DNA of 63,667 bases, the filler included, from Octopus bimaculoides (taxonomy: Eukaryota): assembly GCF_001194135.2 (NCBI RefSeq). It is 4 parts of 4 records of this genome, joined end to end, with 100 filler letters (N's around TTAATTAATTAA, not from the genome) between each part and the next. Parts side by side here need not be neighbours in the genome. Positions count along the whole stretch, not along the records: positions 1 to 23,690 come from NC_068988.1; 3 more parts are not named here. One strand, written 5' to 3'. How positions within the stretch are numbered: position 1 is the first letter of the stretch; every line of letters begins with the position of its first letter. This document shows, one piece after another, positions 10,811 through 22,735 of this stretch. Both the position numbers and the translations under genes were made by a program. The notes beneath the pieces are model-generated. The model was not told the origin of the DNA, did not search any database, and saw nothing but the letters and a program-made list of their open reading frames with translations.

Positions 10811-12381
10811 AATTGGAACACAAGTCATCGTAATCACGGAGAACCAATTTTTTTCTTTTAGAACTTCAAAAAAAAAAAAAAGCAAAACCAAACAAAAAAC
10901 TCAAAAAAGTAGCCTGTGTTAAGCAAGTTGAATTGAGAAGCAGAGTACAGTATGAAGAATTATCGCTTGTTGCAGCATGGATGTATGTTTGCATTGCATG
11001 TTTGCCATAACATTAGAAAAGCCAAGAGAGAAAAATGTTGACTGTCCTTAGAAAATAAAAACATTCTTGCCAAACCAGGTAGCGAATACACTAGAGCAAG
11101 AAAACAATGCATTACATGAGTGCATAAATGCCAATAGAGAAAGGACACCATGAAAAATATGCACAAAAATCGAACGCAGACGTCATGCAGAAAAGATAGC
11201 TGAAGATAATTGAGCTGAATGCTTTCAGGATTTTACCCATGCCAACGTGTTCAACAACGAAGTAGGAGAGCGAAAATACTGTCAACACAACAAAGCTGCA
11301 GGTAAATGTGTACGAAAAAAAAGTAACGTGCAGAAGTAGTGAGAACAAATTACAAGATGCTTGTGAAGAATAATCCTGTTTATGAGGAAAAGTGCGTGCG
11401 CATAAATAAAGCAACAATTTTAAAACACAAGCAAGGCAATATAGCAAAGAAGGCAGAGATTTCAAATGCAAAACACAAAAGGAATGTAATTGAAAATGAA
11501 GACAGAAAAAAGGTATTATCCATATCCAGAGAATTTATTATTGCAAAACTGGTGCAAAAATGCTAAGCACATGCAAAAACGTTTATGCAGTGTTTCTGAA
11601 ATTCCCAAGAAATGTTGGAATAGCACAATGAAGTGAGAAAGTCACATTAGGTGAAAACGTATTAAGGAAATAATTTTAAAAATCTAGTCGCACTATAACG
11701 GCAAAGAAACTAAAATGTGCTATCAACAGCAGCCGAGGGTCATTATTTACCGTGGCAATATGTCATGAAATGTGAAAACATCACCCATCGAATACAGATA
11801 TTACTGGTTCAGAAAAAAATATTCCAGTGGCAGCCAGGTTGTATTCATTCAGGACCTGCATTTCTAGAAGATACCTAGTTGGATTTTCTAGAAAAATCAA
11901 GCGCCATGTTGTTTTCACGAGTGTTTTACCTAGTAGCACCATTTTAGTTGATTCTCTACGTGGAATTATCGATTTCAGTGGTTTGGAATACTGTTGATAA
12001 TGGTTCGGAAATTTGAGAGTCCGGGGTCAATTTAATGTATGTAGTGCTTTTAGACATGTCGAGTTTGTTCTCCGAGTTCTTGGTTTGAGATGCCGAGTGC
12101 TGTTGTTTCTTCCGCACTCCTATTCTGCAACGAGTATTTTCTTCGATAGGTAGTTGTGGTGGGTAGTTGGGGATCATAATTTTTAATGGGGTTTATATCC
12201 TTGTCTTCTTTTTCGGCTGTTCTTATTATTAGGTATGCTGTGCGTTTTGAAAATACTGTGTGAAAGCCCGTCATATATATATATATATATATATATAAAT
12301 GAATTATAAATGAATAAAATATACATTATTTACATTNNNNNNNNNNATATATATATAAATGAATTATAAATGAATAAAATA

Positions 12382-12634
12382 TACATTATTTACATTTGAC
12401 GGATATTTGTCCTCATCTTGTTTGTTGTTAACACCGCGTTTCGGCTGATATACCCTTCATCAGGTGTCTTAGGGCAATTTCGAACCTGGGTTCTCATTCC
12501 TAAGGTATTTTTCGATGTTATTATTATTCAGATCACTGTCTAGAATCGAACTCGGAATCTTGGGGTTAGTAGCCCGCGCTCTTAACCACTACGCCATATG
12601 CCCGTGGGCACATCCGTCAAATGTAAATAATGTA
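12382..12634 (-). mobile_element. tRNA-headed element (family E) with hammerhead-like tail and 23-bp inverted terminal duplication
   Basis: Minus-strand head gggcatatggcgtagtggttaagagc...gagttcgattc; second copy at 58137; 12382-12404 is the exact reverse complement of 12612-12634. Confidence 0.85.
12430..12468 (-). ncRNA. Degenerate minimal hammerhead-like motif in family E
   Basis: gacac-CTGATGA-...cagcc-GAAAC-gcg-gtgtt; stem I is gacac/gtgtt; the 5' strand of stem II is deleted in this copy. Confidence 0.45.
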
Positions 12635-12660
12635 CATAATTCCTCATCTCACAGGTTTAA

Positions 12661-13174
12661 CCCATTAACTGCCAAATGTTTTTATCCGTATGTTTTGGCT
12701 TTGCCAGGTCACTTATGGGTTAAAATATAGTATTTAAATTGTCTTCATATGTGAATTATTTTGGAAATTATGATAAATTTTTCGAAAATTCCCAAATGGG
12801 GATCGATGATAAAAGCATATTTATTCTTTTCTATTCAATTGCAATAATAGCCATTTTAGTTTTTTGTTTTGAAACTATATATCAAATGCGAATATGTATG
12901 AAATATCAATGAATGATAATAGATGAGAAATGCAAAAAAAAAAAAAAAATCAAAAACAGTCAATATTTTTGTAATTCAAAAATTTTGATTTGTGACATAA
13001 AATGTCCTCTGGAATTTTCCAGAGCTAATAATGACAAATTTTAACTACTATATGTTGTTAAACACACCTCCGTAAATGCAATGCGCACAAGCAATTCACT
13101 TTAAATACAACGAACAACCGGCAGTGAGACTGTTTTCAGCAGATCCCCAAATGGGGCTCATGGCAAGCAATGGG
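12661..13174. mobile_element. piggyBac-type MITE
   Basis: TTAA on both sides (12657-12660, 13175-13178); ends cccattaactgcca / tggcaagcaatggg (11 of 14 complementary). Confidence 0.6.
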
Positions 13175-13191
13175 TTAATATTAATGATAAT

Positions 13192-13410
13192 AATTCTTTC
13201 TATTAAAGGCGCAAGACCAGAAGTTTTAAGTGGGAAAGAGCCAGTCGATTAAATCAACCCAAGTGCTCAACCGGTACCTATTTGACTAACCTTGAAAGGA
13301 TGAAACGCAAAGTCGATCTCAGCGGAATTTGAACTCATAACGTAAACAGCTGGAAAAAATTCCGCTGAGCATTTTGTCTAACGAACTAACGATTCTGCTA
13401 ACCCACTGCC
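13192..13410 (-). mobile_element. SINE family A, diverged
   Basis: aaaggatgaaa...gtcgatctcagcggaatttgaactc. Confidence 0.8.
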
Positions 13411-13713
13411 TATTGTTGAACGTTAGCAACACTTTTGTTTAGAATTTTCCTTTTGATGTGCCACCACATTTAACAAATATTTCATTATTTCCGAATCGTT
13501 TTCACATTACGCTACATCATTCGTCATTCATCTTGGCAGCTAATATCGATTTTATTACTGTTTGATTTATAATTAATGGACATAGTTTTTTCTTTCGTAA
13601 CTCGTACGTCTCTTCCCTTTTAAGTTGACAGTTTTTTTTTTCTTATTTGTGTCTACTTGTTCCGCATTTTTGCACACATTGTATGTCATTCCTGCAATAT
13701 ATTTTGTATAAAA

Positions 13714-13929
13714 AGGCGGCTAGCTGGCAGAAACGTTAGCACGTCGACGAAATGCTTAGCGGTATTTCGTCTGTCTTTACATTCTGAGTTCAAATCCCAC
13801 CGAGGTCGAATTTGCCTTTCATCCTTTCGGGGTCGATAAATTAAGTACCAATTGCGTACTGGGGTCGATCTAATCAAATGGCTCCTCCCCCCCAAATTTC
13901 GGGCCTTGTGCCTTAAGTAGAAAAGAATG
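13714..13929 (+). mobile_element. SINE family A2, full length
   Basis: Complete head, body and A2 tail. Confidence 0.92.
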
Positions 13930-14001
13930 TATTTTGTATTTTGTCTTTACCTCTAATATGCTGAATATTGAGATTAAATTCTTGCAAAGATAAACTAGCC
14001 T

Positions 14002-14176
14002 CATGCTTAATGGTATTTCGTCGGCCACTACGTTCTGAGTTCAAATTCTGTCGAGGTCTACTTTGCTTTCATTCTTTCGGGGTCGATAAAATAAGTACCA
14101 GTCGAGCATTGGGATTGATCTAATCGACCTATTCCCTTCTCACGAAAGTGCTGGCCTTGTGCCAAAATCTAAAACC
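14002..14176 (+). mobile_element. SINE family A, 5'-truncated
   Basis: Body and ccttgtgccaaaat tail. Confidence 0.85.
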
Positions 14177-14550
14177 ATTATTATTATTATTATTATTATT
14201 CAGTAGTTTTATTTTTATAACGTACTTTCACTTCACTACCGAGCGCAGCTCTGTGCGCCTTGGGTATGTGCTGTGGTTTGCTGTGGTGCTCTTATGTTTA
14301 CTGTATTGAAAGTGTTTTGCGTAGAATGTGTGCAGTACCCAGTAGTGCAATTTTCTGTATGTTATATATATTTGTAAGTCCTGGTGTTTTTGTTATGTAT
14401 TTGTCTGAATATTTTTTTATTATACCTAAGGCACCTACTATGATAGGAATTGTTTCTGTTTTTAGATTCCACATTCGAGTTATCTCTATTTCCAGGTCTT
14501 TGTATTTTGAAAGTTTTTCCATTTCTTTTAGAGAAACGTTGTCATCTGCT

Positions 14551-14585
<35 letters not shown>
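14177..14585 (-). mobile_element. 5'-truncated R4/Dong-like non-LTR retrotransposon between (TAA)n tracts
   Basis: Encodes ADDNVSLKEMEKLSKYKDLEIEITRMW...PIIVGALG..., the C-terminus of a restriction-like endonuclease; 3'UTR stem gcgca/tgcgc; (TTA)n at 14177-14200 and 14552-14585. Confidence 0.85.
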
Positions 14586-15208
14586 GGCTATCGAGGCAGC
14601 AAAACGTGCTCCAAAATCTTGGATTTTATAAAGTCTACGAAGGATTTTATTCCAACTTTTAGATTAGTTTGATACAGAAAAAAAATGCATTTTTCCTAAC
14701 GAAATAAAAGCAGGGAAGTTAGTGGAGTTCTCTCTTTTTTTTTTTAACATTATCTTTTTTCTTCAGAGTTTAACAATGAGAACAGCATCGAGACATGCTT
14801 CCTCCTTATAGATAGTAAACAGCGGCAAAAAAATTTCAGCAAACGAATATTTGCGACCAAAAAGGAAAACAAAAATGGAGAAAACAACGTGTCACAAGGC
14901 ATACACCAAGTAAAAACATCTGACACAATGGAAGAAAAAAAACAGAAACATCTTAACGGTCACGAGAGAATATGTACGCACTCACACATTTAAACGTACA
15001 TACGTAGGTACGTACATTCGTAATGTCTTGAATGCAACGACAAACATTTCATTCTGTAATGTCACTAATTTGAATAAAGAAGTAATTTGAATAAAGAAGT
15101 AAATAAGTAGATAGATAGATTGAGAGATAGATATAGGCAGAGATAAATAGGGAGATAAATATAGACAGATAGATCGATAGGTAGATAATGATGAGTGAAC
15201 TTACTGTG

Positions 15209-15440
15209 TTATTTCTTTACTACCCACAAGGGGCTACACACAGAGGGGACAAACAAGGACAGACAAACGTATTAAGTCGATTATATCGACCCCAGTGCGT
15301 AACTGGTACTTATTTAATCGACCCCGAAAGGATGAAAGGCAAAGTCGACCTCGGCGGAATTTGAACTCAGAACGTAGTGGCAGACGAAATACCACTAAGC
15401 ATTTCGCCCGGCGTGCTAACGTTTCTGCCAGCTCGCCGCC
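15209..15440 (-). mobile_element. Full-length SINE A1 with 18-bp TSD
   Basis: atgatgagtgaacttact at 15188-15205 and 15443-15460. Confidence 0.95.
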
Positions 15441-15879
15441 CTATGATGAGTGAACTTACTATGTAAAAACAAAAAGAAAAACAACTGCAGTATTTTCCCG
15501 GACCATTATTATCAAGGAATCACAAATATAGGACAATACGTAGAAACACGGCAACGTTGTATCTCTTGACAAAACAAAGGTAACAAGTGGAGAGTATTTC
15601 TAAGGTAAACACTTGTGTGCTGGCGGTGCAGCTGTACTCCGTCTCCGAATGCCGGAACCGATGCCCCATCAGAACGAGGAAGCAGCTCTGTAGGTGTTTC
15701 GGCCCCTTCCACCACGACACCAGAGCTTCCTAAGCTTCCTGCATTTCTCAAACGGGACGAATTTCTAGACCGATATTTCTTTGGGCCCTTGGACTCATAA
15801 GTCCGTTTGCCCGGTTTTCATGGCATATAAGTGACTAAAATCACAACATTCTCTCTGAACAAGTCGTTGGTCTGTTGCA

Positions 15880-16079
15880 GGGCCCAAGGTCAGTAATTTT
15901 TGAGGGAAAGGAACAAGTCAACTACAGCAACTTGAATGGTACTTTTATTTAATCGCCCTTGAAGAGATGGAAGGCAAAGTTGACCTCGGCGGTATTTGAA
16001 CTCAGAAAGTAATGAGCTAAAAGAAATGACTCTCAGCATTTTGTTCGACATACCAAAGACTCTGCTAGCTCACCATCTT
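15880..16079 (-). mobile_element. SINE family A, old diverged copy
   Basis: ggaaggcaaagttgacctcggcggtatttgaactcag. Confidence 0.75.
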
Positions 16080-16478
16080 TATTCTCTCTCTCTCTCTCTC
16101 TCTCTCTCCCCCACTCTTTGATCAATAAATAAATTCCTAAACCGAAAAGACAAGATAGATCTTTCAGGAATAAGATAAATGCTAAAATACTCCATAGAAG
16201 TCAGAAGTAGATTTTGCATCAATGCACGCAAAAGGTATTTGATTTTGTAACAGGAATTGCAAATAAATGTTTCTACAAACTTGGACTTCGAAAGGATTCT
16301 TAGATGAAAATTCTGGAACTTTGAAAGACAGGAAAGTTTTTGTACTGTAGATATAACATTACGAAATTTGACAACTGCTTATGACCATGCCATAAGAAGA
16401 GCTGTTTAAACTCATGATCCAACAAACATTTCTCTCCAATATTTACCTTAATCATATAAATCTATTTTTCTAAGCGAA

Positions 16479-16790
16479 GAGCTAACGAGTTTCTTAAGCA
16501 ACCACAACTCGTTAGCTCCCTTTCAATTTGCGTTCCCTAATGTGGCTGCTCTGCATTGACAAGGGGCAACACCCTGAAACTAGTCTGCAGATGCCAAACC
16601 AGCAGGGGGACACTGCTGACCTCCCCTGTTCGAAGGTTATAAAGGACACAGGTTTCGTGTGTCACATAGCTAGCTAGAGGCGATGGCTTCTTGGAGCTAA
16701 TTCACGGCCGCTTTCGTCCTAATTTTGGGACTGCCATGTTGGCTTGGCGATAACTATTAATTTCCAGTACCGCTGCCGTAGTCTCCTTTA
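16479..16790 (+). mobile_element. Probable Penelope-like terminal-repeat fragment
   Basis: Starts with a 13-bp inverted duplication (gagctaacgagtt / aactcgttagctc) and contains the hammerhead-like motif at 16550-16591; the 3' edge is uncertain. Confidence 0.5.
16550..16591 (+). ncRNA. Minimal type I hammerhead ribozyme-like motif, U3-A8 variant, GUC triplet
   Basis: tctgca-TTGACAA-gggg-caaca-ccct-GAAAC-ta-GTC-tgcaga: 6-bp stem I, 4-bp stem II, palindromic ACTAGT stem III. Confidence 0.7.
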
Positions 16791-17915
16791 GAGAGACTTA
16801 GAAATATTAANNNNNNNNNNNNNNNNNNNNNNNNNNNNNNNNNNNNNNNNNNNNNNNNNNNNNNNNNNNNNNNNNNNNNNNNNNNNNNNNNNNNNNNNNN
16901 NTATATATATATATATTGCGTAAGTTAAGTAACAGTGACGAGCGGTAATTTTTTCAATATAAGTTTTCTCGTATATATTGACTATAGTGAATAGTCTAAT
17001 ATTAGGGAATATAAGCCCCACAAAGGGAAACAAATGGGTATTAGTAGAAGTGGGAAACGAAGCAACGTTTCTTTTCTCCGCGTTAAGTGAGCTGACCGAA
17101 TATACCAACTTACTAATCCATTTATATCCGTTAAATTTAGAAAGCATGATTTACATAGCGGTAAGTGTGTAAACATGTGCATATTGTGCATAAGTTAAGA
17201 AACGGTGGTGTGTGAAGTTTTGAAAATATAATTAGAAGTTTTCACTGTATATATTGATTCACACGTGTATCAATATCCACTTTCCCGTCGTGGGCTTATA
17301 TGCCTCAGTATTAGATTATTTATTGAAGTTAGTATATACATTGAAACCTTATAATTATATTTTCAAAATGTTCACTCGTCAACGTTTCTCAATTTACGCA
17401 GAATACGCACATGTTTATACACTTACCGCTATGAAATCATAGTTTCTAAATTTAATAGAAAAAAACTGGATGGTTATGCTGGTGTAATCGGTTAGCACAC
17501 ATATAGCGAAAATAAGTGGAATAGGTTCAATTCTCACATGTGCTAATACGCATTTATTCCATAGCATATTAACTTGGTAATACAACCAAGGACTTATAAA
17601 GTTGATTATTGATGGATTTCATCTTCGGATTACCTGGAGTTCAATGCCAATCGCAAAAACCATTCGTTAGCCTGGTGTAATTATATCAGCAGAAAACTTA
17701 AGAGTATTTTACCTAGATTACTAACCCCTTATTAATAACGTTGAAAGTGATGGACCCTTGATGAAATTTCAATGACTAGGATCCATAATTGCATACAAAG
17801 CAATGTGCAGTTGCTGCAGTAGAAACATATGTTGGTCTGGGTTATATATGCTGTAGAAAACCTTTTAATAAAAGAGTTTTGCGTGTGAATAACTCTCCAC
17901 TCTCCTCTTGGTTTT

Positions 17916-17960
<45 letters not shown>

Positions 17961-18559
17961 CACAAAATACATCATGTCCTTATTCCTTTGCACCTACCCG
18001 AGCAAAGATAACGCCATTATTCTATCTCCTGTTTCTCGATGTTTCCTGATGAAGAAGTTCTACCTTCAGAACATCAGAGAAGTACAGGGTGAACTTCAAC
18101 TGTCTGATGTTCTCTTTTGCGTTCCATTTTACCTGTCATCCTTTAAGGATCGATAAACCATAATACCGGTCAAATACTGCGGCCAACGAAATCAATTTGA
18201 CCATCCCTTCAAACTGGTGGCCTTGAGTCTAAGATTAGAAGGAATTATTATTGTTTCTATTACCACTAGTCTTGTTATTGATATTGTCTACAAATATCTT
18301 CAGACTAATTTCCTTCTATTGGCTGCAACTAATACAATGTTTTGACAATTGCACCCCATCCCAGCTCTCTTCAGGAATCTATCGTATTCTGTAAATTTCT
18401 CCTCATTATTCAACTCGCGTATGTAGATGGTTCTCTGTTTTGGATCTTATATTAAAGAAGTAATCTTTCTCGGTAAATTCAAAATCCAGAATTCCTTTTA
18501 TATCCTGCACTCCTCCAACATTTTAGATTCTGCCACAGAAGTTGAACGAGAACGATCCA

Positions 18560-18670
18560 CAACGAAACCTTGGCTAAAGTTGCCGAAACTCTTTCTCCAG
18601 TACGTTAACAACTTGCTTACCGTCATCATGAACAATGATCGCTCATATACTGATGATATAGCTCTTGATC
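18560..18670 (+). mobile_element. Degenerate non-LTR reverse-transcriptase core remnant
   Basis: PKLFLQYVNNL...SYTDDIAL resembles PLLFxxYVNDL...YADD of CR1/L2-type RTs. Confidence 0.45.
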
Positions 18671-18685
18671 GTTCCACAGTGTCTT

Positions 18686-18752
18686 ATTGTCCACACAGTT
18701 GTACGTTGATTGTCCACACAGTTGTACGTTGATTGTCCACACAGTTGTACGT
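18686..18752. repeat. 23-bp tandem repeat, about 2.9 copies
   Basis: Unit attgtccacacagttgtacgttg at 18686, 18709 and 18732. Confidence 0.9.
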
Positions 18753-18917
18753 CGCATTCCATCTTTCTGGGTCGATATAACGGACTGTGGTCTTGAAAGT
18801 AAAGTCTTGGCGGAAGTAATTTCCAATGAGAGAAACCAGTAACAATAGACAAATAAATAAATAAATAAACAAACCAATTTCAAATTTTGGAGCAATGAAT
18901 TTGATGATGTTATTCGG

Positions 18918-18982
18918 GTGATGGTGTTGGTAGTGTTACTGGTAGTGATGATGGTGATGATAATGACGGTGATGATGATGAC

Positions 18983-19017
<35 letters not shown>

Positions 19018-19160
19018 GAATGATGGTGATGACGACGACAAAGATTGTGGTGGTGAAAGTTGTGATGGAGTTGATGATAATGATGATAATGATGATGGTA
19101 GTGGCGATGTGGTAATGATGACGATAATGATGTTGATGATTATGATGATGATTGTGGTGT
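18918..19160. repeat. Degenerate (GAT)n microsatellite
   Basis: gat/ggt/gac runs; source of the poly-M ORFs. Confidence 0.92.
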
Positions 19161-20342
19161 TTATTTTTATGTTTAATGAAATGTTAACAAAATATCAATA
19201 TCCTGAACACCATCTTCGAATATCTTGCGATAGTACATATACTATTAATGGAAACACACAGACACACAAAAACAAGAAAAAAAAGAAAACAAAGAACTTG
19301 TGTGAGAAGATGCAAACTGGACGAAATCCGAGAAGAGATATTCCGTACAGGAATAGAATATGTTTTTTTCCGACGAGAATGAAAAATAGTTACACATGTT
19401 AATTAATTAGCTATTTATTTGATATAATTAATTAATTGCTGTCTCGTATCAATCTGAATCTCAAATTAAAAAAAAAAGTACTTAATTGTATTTGCTAAGA
19501 AAAGAAAAAAAAAACGTCTGACGAGCACCTTAAAAACGTGAAACGAAAGCAGAAAACTAGAAAATGAAGAAAGTTTAATCAATAAAGAAAAAAAGTGTGC
19601 AGTTTTTATGTTTCAAAGACATTAAATGGAAGTGATAGCTATTTTATACCATCTTCGACTTTCTTTGATAACGCAAAAAAAAAATAAATTAAATAATCAA
19701 AAAAAAAAAAAAGAGANNNNNNNNNNAAAAAAAGAGAGAGAGAGAGAGAGAATAAATACGTAGAAAAGCATAAAACTGATAGATTGGCTATTTAGCGATA
19801 TCTCCGTTCTATTAACACAGAATTATAGATAGATTGATTGATTAACTGCTCCAGTATTCTATTTCATGTTTTACGTAAAGAGGAGCGTTCAGTATTCTGT
19901 AAAAGCGTACACAGACATATGCTAGTAAATATATACATACATTAGAGACACGTATATACACGGTTACAAACCAAATTACATACATATGTACTTACAAACT
20001 ACTTACACACACACACACACACATATGTATATGCATACTTAAATATAAAACAATGCAAACTACTTACATACATACATACATATACATTTATATACACACA
20101 CATATATATATACATATATGTATATATATACATATATCTATACACATATATATATATATATATATATATAGGGAGAATTCACAAAAAAACAACAGACGAA
20201 GACAGGTGGTGTAGAAAACAAATAGGTGTATTAGTATAACANNNNNNNNNNNNNNNNNNNNNNNNNNNNNNNNNNNNNNNNNNNNNNNNNNNNNNNNNNN
20301 NNNNNNNNNNNNNNNNNNNNNNNNNNNNNNNNNNNNNNNNNT

Positions 20343-20374
<32 letters not shown>

Positions 20375-21586
20375 TATATACATATATACATATGCGTACT
20401 TAAATATAAAACACTGCAAAACGAGTGCATTATCTTCGATCAAAGAACAGCTTCATAGAATGAACTCACAGAGTGTATAACTGTTGCAATAGAATGCACC
20501 ATTGGTTGCAGTACTAAAAGAGTTTGCCAGCAGCTGTATAATCATCAGCATCATCTTCGTCATTATCATGTATGTTCTCCTCTTCTTCCTCCTTCTTATC
20601 ATCGTCATTATCCCCGCCATGTAAATCATGCCAAGAAAATAATAAAAAAACAAAGCCACATTCAATCTGCAAAAGGAAGACGATCATCACTGATACTACA
20701 ACCATCATCACCATCATCGTCGTCACCACCACCACCACCGCCGCCGCCGCCGCCGCCGCCGNNNNNNNNNNNNNNNNNNNNNNNNNNNNNNNNNNNNNNN
20801 NNNNNNNNNNNNNNNNNNNNNNNNNNNNNNNNNNNNNNNNNNNNNNNNNNNNNNNNNNNNNNNNNNNNNNNNNNNNNNNNNNNNNNNNNNNNNNNNNNNN
20901 NNNNNNNNNNNNNNNNNNNNNNNNNNNNNNNNNNNNNNNNNNNNNNNNNNNNNNNNNNNNNNNNNNNNNNNNNNNNNNNNNNNNNNNNNNNNNNNNNNNN
21001 NNNNNNNNNNNNNNNNNNNNNNNNNNNNNNNNNNNNNNNNNNNNNNNNNNNNNNNNNNNNNNNNNNNNNNNNNNNNNNNNNNNNNNNNNNNNNNNNNNNN
21101 NNNNNNNNNNNNNNNNNNNNNNNNNNNNNNNNNNNNNNNNNNNNNNNNNNNNNNNNNNNNNNNNNNNNNNNNNNNNNNNNNNNNNNNNNNNNNNNNNNNN
21201 NNNNNNNNNNNATATATATATATATATATATAAGCGGAGGCGAAGCGACCTAAAGTGTACAGAATATTCATTATGTGTTCCCGGCAGCTCATGCCTCTGG
21301 CTCGGTGTTATTTGCCTCGCAAAATATTTCTGCGATGTTTCCAGTTGTTGCGTAAGATTTGGGCTGTTATTTCATAATTTTGGGAAATGTGCTTGAACAA
21401 TTTTTGTCTTAGTGACGTGTGTGAGCCGGTGCATTGTAATGAAATAGGTTATTAAGTTTGTAGGGATAGATGTAAAACAGATACTATATTTTAAAGTACA
21501 CGAATGCATAAATTATTACCATATGTATTGGAAAATTACTTCGCTCTTTTTATATATTTACTTTACTTAATTCTCACCTCATGCCT

Positions 21587-21589
<3 letters not shown>

Positions 21590-21627
<38 letters not shown>

Positions 21628-21711
21628 CTCTTTCTCTGTCTCTCTTTCTCTCTCTCCCTCTTTCTCTCTCTCTCTCTTTCTCTTTCTCTGTCTCTCTTTC
21701 TCTCTCTCTCC

Positions 21712-21745
<34 letters not shown>

Positions 21746-22735
21746 TTCTCTCTCTTTATCTCTATCTCATATCATCTTATCAATTCCCTTCAATATCTCA
21801 CACTACACTCTTTCATCTATTTGCTTCGAATATGTTTAAATTTCCTCTTTCCCACCCAAATACTGAAGTTCATGGCAAAACTGAATTTTAAATTGCTTGG
21901 CTTCAGATCAGCCATTTTTTTAATTATCCGTAGCTATCTTTTAATTCATCTCATTTTTTTCTCTCTTTCTTTTCATACACAAGTTGGTGGCCAATTCTTC
22001 TCTTACACTTTTTCTTCGTTTCTTACTCAATTCCATCACTTCTTCCTTACTTCTCATCCCTCATTTTATGCTTAGGTCTTTCTTTCACCCTTTCCTTCCT
22101 TTGTCTCTTTCTTCATTACTTTTCACATATTCCTCTCTTCTCTATTTCCCCTTCCTTTCGAATAACCATATAATTCCTCCCCATTTTCTTTATATCGTTC
22201 CTTCTTTCTTTTCACGCATCCAACATACATTCCTGCTACTCATCCTTCCTGTCTTCCTACATTTTCCTTTTTTCCCGCCCCCACCATTCTTTCTGACACT
22301 GATGTCTTTCTTCCATTTTTTTCCTTCTTTCGTGTTCGTTCATTCGTTCGTTTTCCCTTTCGTTTCTCCCTGCCATCCTCTTTCTTAATACTCATATCTT
22401 TTCTCCATTTTACCTTTCCTTCCTTCCTTCCTTCCTTCCTTCCTTCCTTCCTTCCTTCCTTCCTTCCTTCCTTCCTTCCTNNNNNNNNNNNNNNNNNNNN
22501 NNNNNNNNNNNNNNNNNNNNNNNNNNNNNNNNNNNNNNNNNNNNNNNNNNNNNNNNNNNNNNNNNNNNNNNNNNNNNNNNNNNNNNNNNNNNNNNNNNNN
22601 NNNNNNNNNNNNNNNNNNNNNNNNNNNNNNNNNNNNNNNNNNNNNNNNNNNNNNNNNNNNNNNNNNNNNNNNNNNNNNNNNNNNNNNNNNNNNNNNNNNN
22701 NNNCCTTCCTTCCTTCCTTCCTTCTCACAATATTC
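21590..22735. repeat. Polypyrimidine-rich region with (TC)n and (TTCC)n microsatellites
   Basis: (TC)n at about 21590-21760 and (TTCC)n on both sides of the gap at 22481-22703. Confidence 0.85.

Noticed and set aside
12287-12396. Apparent 50-bp tandem duplication across a 10-N gap (similar case at 19700-19740)
   Set aside because: Identical sequence on both sides of a minimal gap is typical of unmerged overlapping contig ends.
12540-12610. Functional tRNA genes at SINE heads (also at 25220, 39740, 53395 and 58340)
   Set aside because: A and B boxes are present, but acceptor and anticodon stems are incomplete and each head continues into a repeat body.
18040-18080. CTGATGA-a-gaag/cttc hammerhead-like motif
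   Set aside because: GAAA is replaced by AGAA and no stem I pairing was found.
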